A stretch of 63,855 nucleotides of DNA, counting the filler, from Reclinomonas americana ATCC 50394 (taxonomy: Eukaryota), in assembly GCA_048213135.1 (NCBI GenBank). It is 14 parts of 14 records of this genome, joined end to end, with 100 filler letters (N's around TTAATTAATTAA, not from the genome) between each part and the next. Parts side by side here need not be neighbours in the genome. Positions count along the whole stretch, not along the records: positions 58,982 to 61,889 come from AFZH01017331.1; positions 61,990 to 63,855 come from AFZH01017333.1; 12 more parts are not named here. One strand, 5' to 3'. Shown in pieces: positions 59,216-63,855 of the stretch. Positions within the stretch are counted from its first letter, which is position 1. Every line of letters begins with the position of its first letter. Under the pieces are notes generated by a model that saw only the letters and a list, made by a program, of their open reading frames with translations, was not told the origin of the DNA and did no database searches. The position numbers were made by a program, and so were the translations under genes.

Positions 59216-60299
59216 CTTGCCGTTCTTTCCGTGTGGACCAACAGGTCCCTTCTTGCCCTGCAGACCATCCTGCATGCAGACGCGCGCACACGCGTACGTG
59301 GTCGTGTGAGTGTGACGGTGCGAGGGTGTGTGATCAACTCGCACTCGGGCGCACCTTGCCATCTTTGCCGTCCTTGCCGTCTTTGCCAGGCTTGCCGGTG
59401 GCACCGCGAGGGCCATTCTGCAGCCACCCTTGCGTGTCAGAACACACGTACTCGACGCACCAGGATGCATCTTTCTTCAGCTCACTTTGCCGTTCACGCC
59501 GTCCTTTCCACGAGTGCCTTGCGGTCCTGTGGGTCCACCCTTCATCAAGAACACGTGAGCGCCACAGCAAGAGAAAACGCGCGCGTGCATGAATACCTTG
59601 CCATCTTTGCCGTCCTTGCCATTCGGCCCCGGCAGTCCCTCCTGCAGCACAGCACTTTAGGCGCCCGTGGAGAAGAGCGTGCAACACGCACATGTACGAC
59701 CTACCCGACAGTGCAAGACGCAGCGGCGCTTGAATGCGTCGTCATCGTCGTCGTCGTCGTCGTCGCCGTCGGTGTCCTTGTAGATTACAGGCGTTTCTGA
59801 CAGGATGCCGGTCTCGTCCTCCTCCTCATTCTCTTCCTCCTCGTCCTCCAGCTGGAACTCTTCCTCGTCGAATGCATCGAGAACATCCTCGTCATCGTCC
59901 ATGTCAACTGCAGTCGGGCGTACGTGAGACAACCGACGACAGATCGAGGATCACGTGCACGCTGAGGCAAAGCTGTTCACGCAACTCTCGTCTATTGAGC
60001 CAAATTCATAGAGCACAGCAGCGACACAGTGAGCAACACTCGAGCGGGAGCGTCACGACGCTTCGAGCTTCATGATCACTCACCGTCGACCTCAAAGTCT
60101 TCACTCTCAAGCCCCGCAATCTCTTGCCCCACCATGTCCTCGGCCTCGTCTGCGCGCGGGAAATCGCAAGTGAGCGGGAAGTCGAGATCTCAGGTGCGTG
60201 CTTGTGCAAGTGGCGCCACTCACAGGCATGTGCCGAGACGAACAAGACAGCCAGCAGTGTCATCGCCGCGGCGAGCACAAGCCAGAGGTTACGTTGCAT
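59216..60299 (-). CDS. Secreted collagen-like protein A (3' end in gap)
   Basis: Signal peptide MQRNLWLVLAAAMTLLAVLFVSAHA; acidic region ending FKRR; Gly-X-Y exons 59597-59641, 59486-59539, 59355-59417, 59216-59269. Confidence 0.85.
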
Positions 60300-60534
60300 C
60301 GTGTGTGTTTTTCTCTCCACAATGCCAAAAGAACAACAACAAGCAACCGTTACTCGCTGTTGGCGCGAAAACGGAAAATGAGCGCGGGAAACAAATATGG
60401 TCACGCGGCTGGCAACAGCTCGTGCACGTTGTACGCTTTGCGATTGAGTTTATTCAGGGATCATGCACGCAGAGCACGTACGCCTCATGCGGCGGCCCGG
60501 AAACACCTAATCGTCATGCGTCTAGCAGCCATAC

Positions 60535-61739
60535 TCAGTGCTTCAGTACGGTGCACGTGTGAGGCGCCGGGCTCGCGCACCCACTCCGTGGACTCTTGCA
60601 GCCTGCCTTCTTCTTGTGACCGACAATGATGCCCTGTGACAGGCAGCAAGAGAGCACAGGGGCTGAGACGACGTACCGCACAAGACAATGAGCACGCTCT
60701 TGTACTGTACCTTGCAGCAAATGATCGTGCCATCGGCGCGACGGAAGCCGAATGTCTCGGTCTGCACATGCAAGTTCAGTCGGCGTACTAGATACAGAAG
60801 ACAGCAGCAGCACATACCGAGCACCCGAAACCGCCAAGACGCTGAACAAAGTAGTGATTCGGTCGCACGACGATCAGCTGTGATAAAATCACCGCGTGAG
60901 TGCCCTCTCTCCCATGCAGAGAGCGAACCGTCGCACGTGTATGAGAGAGCTACCTTGCCATCACGTCCGCGCGGTCCAGCCGGTCCCTGGGGACCGATGG
61001 GACCAGTCTTGCCTGCCGGTCCACGCTTTCCAGCGGGACCACGCTCACCGTCCTTGCCAGGCTTGCCTTGCGGTCCGCGCTGCAAAGTGAGAGGATGTGG
61101 AGAGTGAATCATCGAGCGTGCAATGGAGTTGTTGCTTGCTTGGCAGTACACGCACATCACCCACTGCGCCGTCCTTGCCGTCCTTGCCGTCCTTGCCGTT
61201 CGGACCTCGCGGACCGCGCTGGCTCACAAATAATTCATCAATAACAGGAGGGCGCAAAACAAGTGCAACAAGCAACAAACCGGCCCGTTCTTTCCGGCCG
61301 GACCCGGCGGTCCAGCTGGCCCAATCTGCACGCGATAGAATGAATACAGTGCGTGGCGTGCATACACATGACGACAGCGCACAAAAGCCTCTCACCTTGC
61401 CAGGCTCGCCGTCCTTACCGGCAGCACCGGCAGGTCCACGCGGTCCCCTCTGTATCGCACACAGCGTGAGTGCTGGATACGGCGCAGGTGCACACGCGGA
61501 CAACGAATGCTACCTTGCCCGGAAGGCCACGAGGGCCAGGCGGTCCACGCTACACCAAGCGCAAAGGTGTGCGCGCACAATGAGTACACCACTATTTTTA
61601 CGGGTCACATGAAACACCAAACCTTGCCAGGCTGTCCGGGCTTGCCATCCTTTCCGTCGTGTCCAGGGGGACCACGCTGTGCAACCAAGCGGTAAACAGC
61701 AACGAAATCAGTAACACGGTTCGACGCACGAGCAGATGA

Positions 61740-61792
<53 letters not shown>

Positions 61793-62096
61793 AGAGAGAG
61801 CTACGCGACCGGCACTTTTCCTCGCCTACTCCGTCGACCGACGACTACTCCGTCGACCGGCCCTCGCACGTCCACGCCGCACCGACACCNNNNNNNNNNN
61901 NNNNNNNNNNNNNNNNNNNNNNNNNNNNNNNNNTTAATTAATTAANNNNNNNNNNNNNNNNNNNNNNNNNNNNNNNNNNNNNNNNNNNNAACCGAACGTA
62001 ACGTAACGTAACGAACGTAACGTAACGTAACGTAAGAACGTAACGTAACGTACGAACGTAAACGAAGTAAACGAAACGTAAGTAAGAACGAAGAAA

Positions 62097-62128
<32 letters not shown>

Positions 62129-62366
62129 GTGTGTGTGTGTGGGCGCGTGGGAACAAACTCACCGCCATCATCAGCGTACTGGGAGACGAGCATCTGCTCG
62201 TCCACATCCTCAGCTTCGTCTGCAGAAAAACATATGGGAGAGAGTGAACATACTGCGGAAACAGAACACACAGAGAGAGAGAACTAGATGTGCACTCACA
62301 AGCATGCGCAGCAATGGCAAGCAGCGCCAGCACAATGACCAGCGTCACCCACTTCAGATGTCTCAT
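60535..62366 (-). CDS. Secreted collagen-like protein B (spans a gap) with a small Cys-rich C-terminal domain
   Basis: Signal peptide MRHLKWVTLVIVLALLAIAAHA then DEAED; Gly-X-Y exons 61623-61676, 61514-61549, 61396-61449, 61281-61325, 61156-61218, 60954-61079; C-terminus GFGCS-TETFG..IICCK-GIIVG..C..C..CTVLKH*. Confidence 0.85.
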
Positions 62367-63209
62367 GTTGTCTCTGCTCTCAGAACAGGGAGAAAAAACG
62401 GTGGGCGCGAAAAGCGACACGAATTGTGCACCAAGTAGCCGTTGGAGATGAAGTGCGCGCGAAATTCGCCCGTTGCGTCGCGGACCCACACGATCACGCG
62501 CGCGGAATTCCGCACAATCAACAGCGCTCAACGACGCCTGCAGGTGTCGAGCACAGACAGGCCACAGACTCGGAAACGGGAGTCCACTGACCATGGATTC
62601 TCCCTCCAGCTTGTTCGACATCTGCCATTTGACGACTGAGGATTCGTTTGATTTTCGCGCGCTGTGTGCGCCAACGGATTTCGAGGCGACAGAGAGTGTC
62701 ACTCAGCGGCACAGATGTGCATCGGCAGCACCACTGGCGGGCAACAGCGGTATGTCAGGCAACCTGAAACAGTGTTGCGATATTTTGAACGACGAGAGAG
62801 GCAACCACGTGCACTCGCTGTGCGCGCGCGGCGAAAAGAGAATGCGCATGTTACACGGCGCCAGCACTGAGTTGCTAGTTTGCGCGCAAGAACGGGCAGA
62901 GAGGCGGTCAGGTGCAGATCTAGACCACAGTGCCATCAAACAAGCACACACATGCATGAGCTCGCAGAATGCACAGGGCTCGAGATCAGGAGGATCTTCA
63001 CAACAGGAGTGACAGCTGTATGCGGCTATCATGATCACCACCTTGCAAGCAGCACAAGCGTGAATCGGAGATTTTCAGCGCGAATACAGCCGAGGGCGCA
63101 GCGCGATCTCTTCCGACCAATCGCAGCGAGCGGTACCAGTGCCACTGGCCCGCAGCCATGGCCAACTGCAAACAAACAGTTGCAAGTAACAGCCGCCTAG
63201 ACAACACAG

Positions 63210-63360
63210 ATAGCCATCTCGACTTTTTCTTGCTTTTCTCGTGATGTCTGAGTTTCTGGTGCTCACTCAAGATGGTGATCATCATGCAGCTGTGTTGCTG
63301 TTTGGATTAGGAAAGTTGTTGTTGTTGTTGTTGTTGTTGTTGTTGCTGTTGTTGTTGTTG
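63210..63360 (+). mobile_element. Short 5'-truncated retroelement 3' end with (GTT)n tail
   Basis: Near-identical (inverted) to 22081-22225; ends TTGGATTAGGAAAG(TTG)n. Confidence 0.7.
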
Positions 63361-63855
63361 GCCATCATCATCCCACAAACAACCGGCAGCTGGCTGACCA
63401 ATTAGACTCGAGGTACTTGCAGAAACATGTAGGGATCGATAGTTTTAGCGCAGTACTGCAGTCATCCTTCGCGAGTGCGATCAGGCCAAGCCGACCGGCG
63501 ACGTCGACAACGGGTCTGAATTCGAATTCCAACAATCAGTAACAGCGTTGCTGATGCAAATGCCGTACAACAAGGATCATGTTTAGGTGCAGGAAACATC
63601 GTTGCTTCGCTCTATGTCAATGCGCATGCGCAGCGCGATCGCGATCGATTTCGATATCGATCCATGGCCAGATAGCGATCGCGATCTCGCGCAGATTCGC
63701 GAACACGCACTGCGGATCATTTATCGTGTTTTTCTTGCGATGCCTACACACCTTTCAACTCACTGGCACGACCCGCAGCAACTGCAGCGAAAAACGTGAT
63801 CGCAGGCGGAATTCCACAGTCGCTCCGACCAGTCGACCAATCACACCTATTATAT

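Noticed and set aside
61990..62095. (CGTAA)n / GTAC / ACG-rich runs at contig ends, also 12780-12865, 58800-59080 and 61800-61889, resembling telomeric repeats
   Set aside because: They occur only beside gaps after microsatellites and follow TACG flow order, typical of pyrosequencing read-end noise

Overview
Intron-rich, GC-rich nuclear DNA from a unicellular eukaryote. Its TyrRS type suggests it is not an opisthokont. It is a draft scaffold with 13 artificial 100-bp gap linkers (N44-TTAATTAATTAA-N44) and pyrosequencing-type junk at some contig ends. NMD3 and CAPZA exons continue correctly across linkers, so contig order is real at least there. Contents in order: (1) 1-15.7 kb, about 12 co-oriented, intronless 7-bladed WD40 genes with near-identical repeat scaffolds, variable surface positions and a shared, unrecognised ~60-aa C-terminal tail; an intact type I metacaspase lies inside the array and a tRNA-Ser(AGA) at its edge. 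(2) An LRR gene, RPS15 and a secreted bacterial-type Amidase_6/NlpC-P60-like protein. (3) A Kolobok-like DNA transposon: a DDE transposase converging on a KolX/P2X7-ballast-like gene. (4) A frameshifted FN3 gene, an orphan gene and RLE-clade non-LTR retrotransposon relics. (5) NMD3 with a degenerate second zinc finger, an EGF-like protein, a pseudo-cyclase with two receiver domains, CAPZA, TyrRS and a kinesin. (6) Two tandem secreted collagen-like genes whose Gly-X-Y regions are built from phase-0 exons of 36/45/54/63/126 nt. The best novelty candidates are the WD40-plus-tail array with its metacaspase and the 54-bp-exon collagens. All family calls come from motif recognition by eye; no searches were run.
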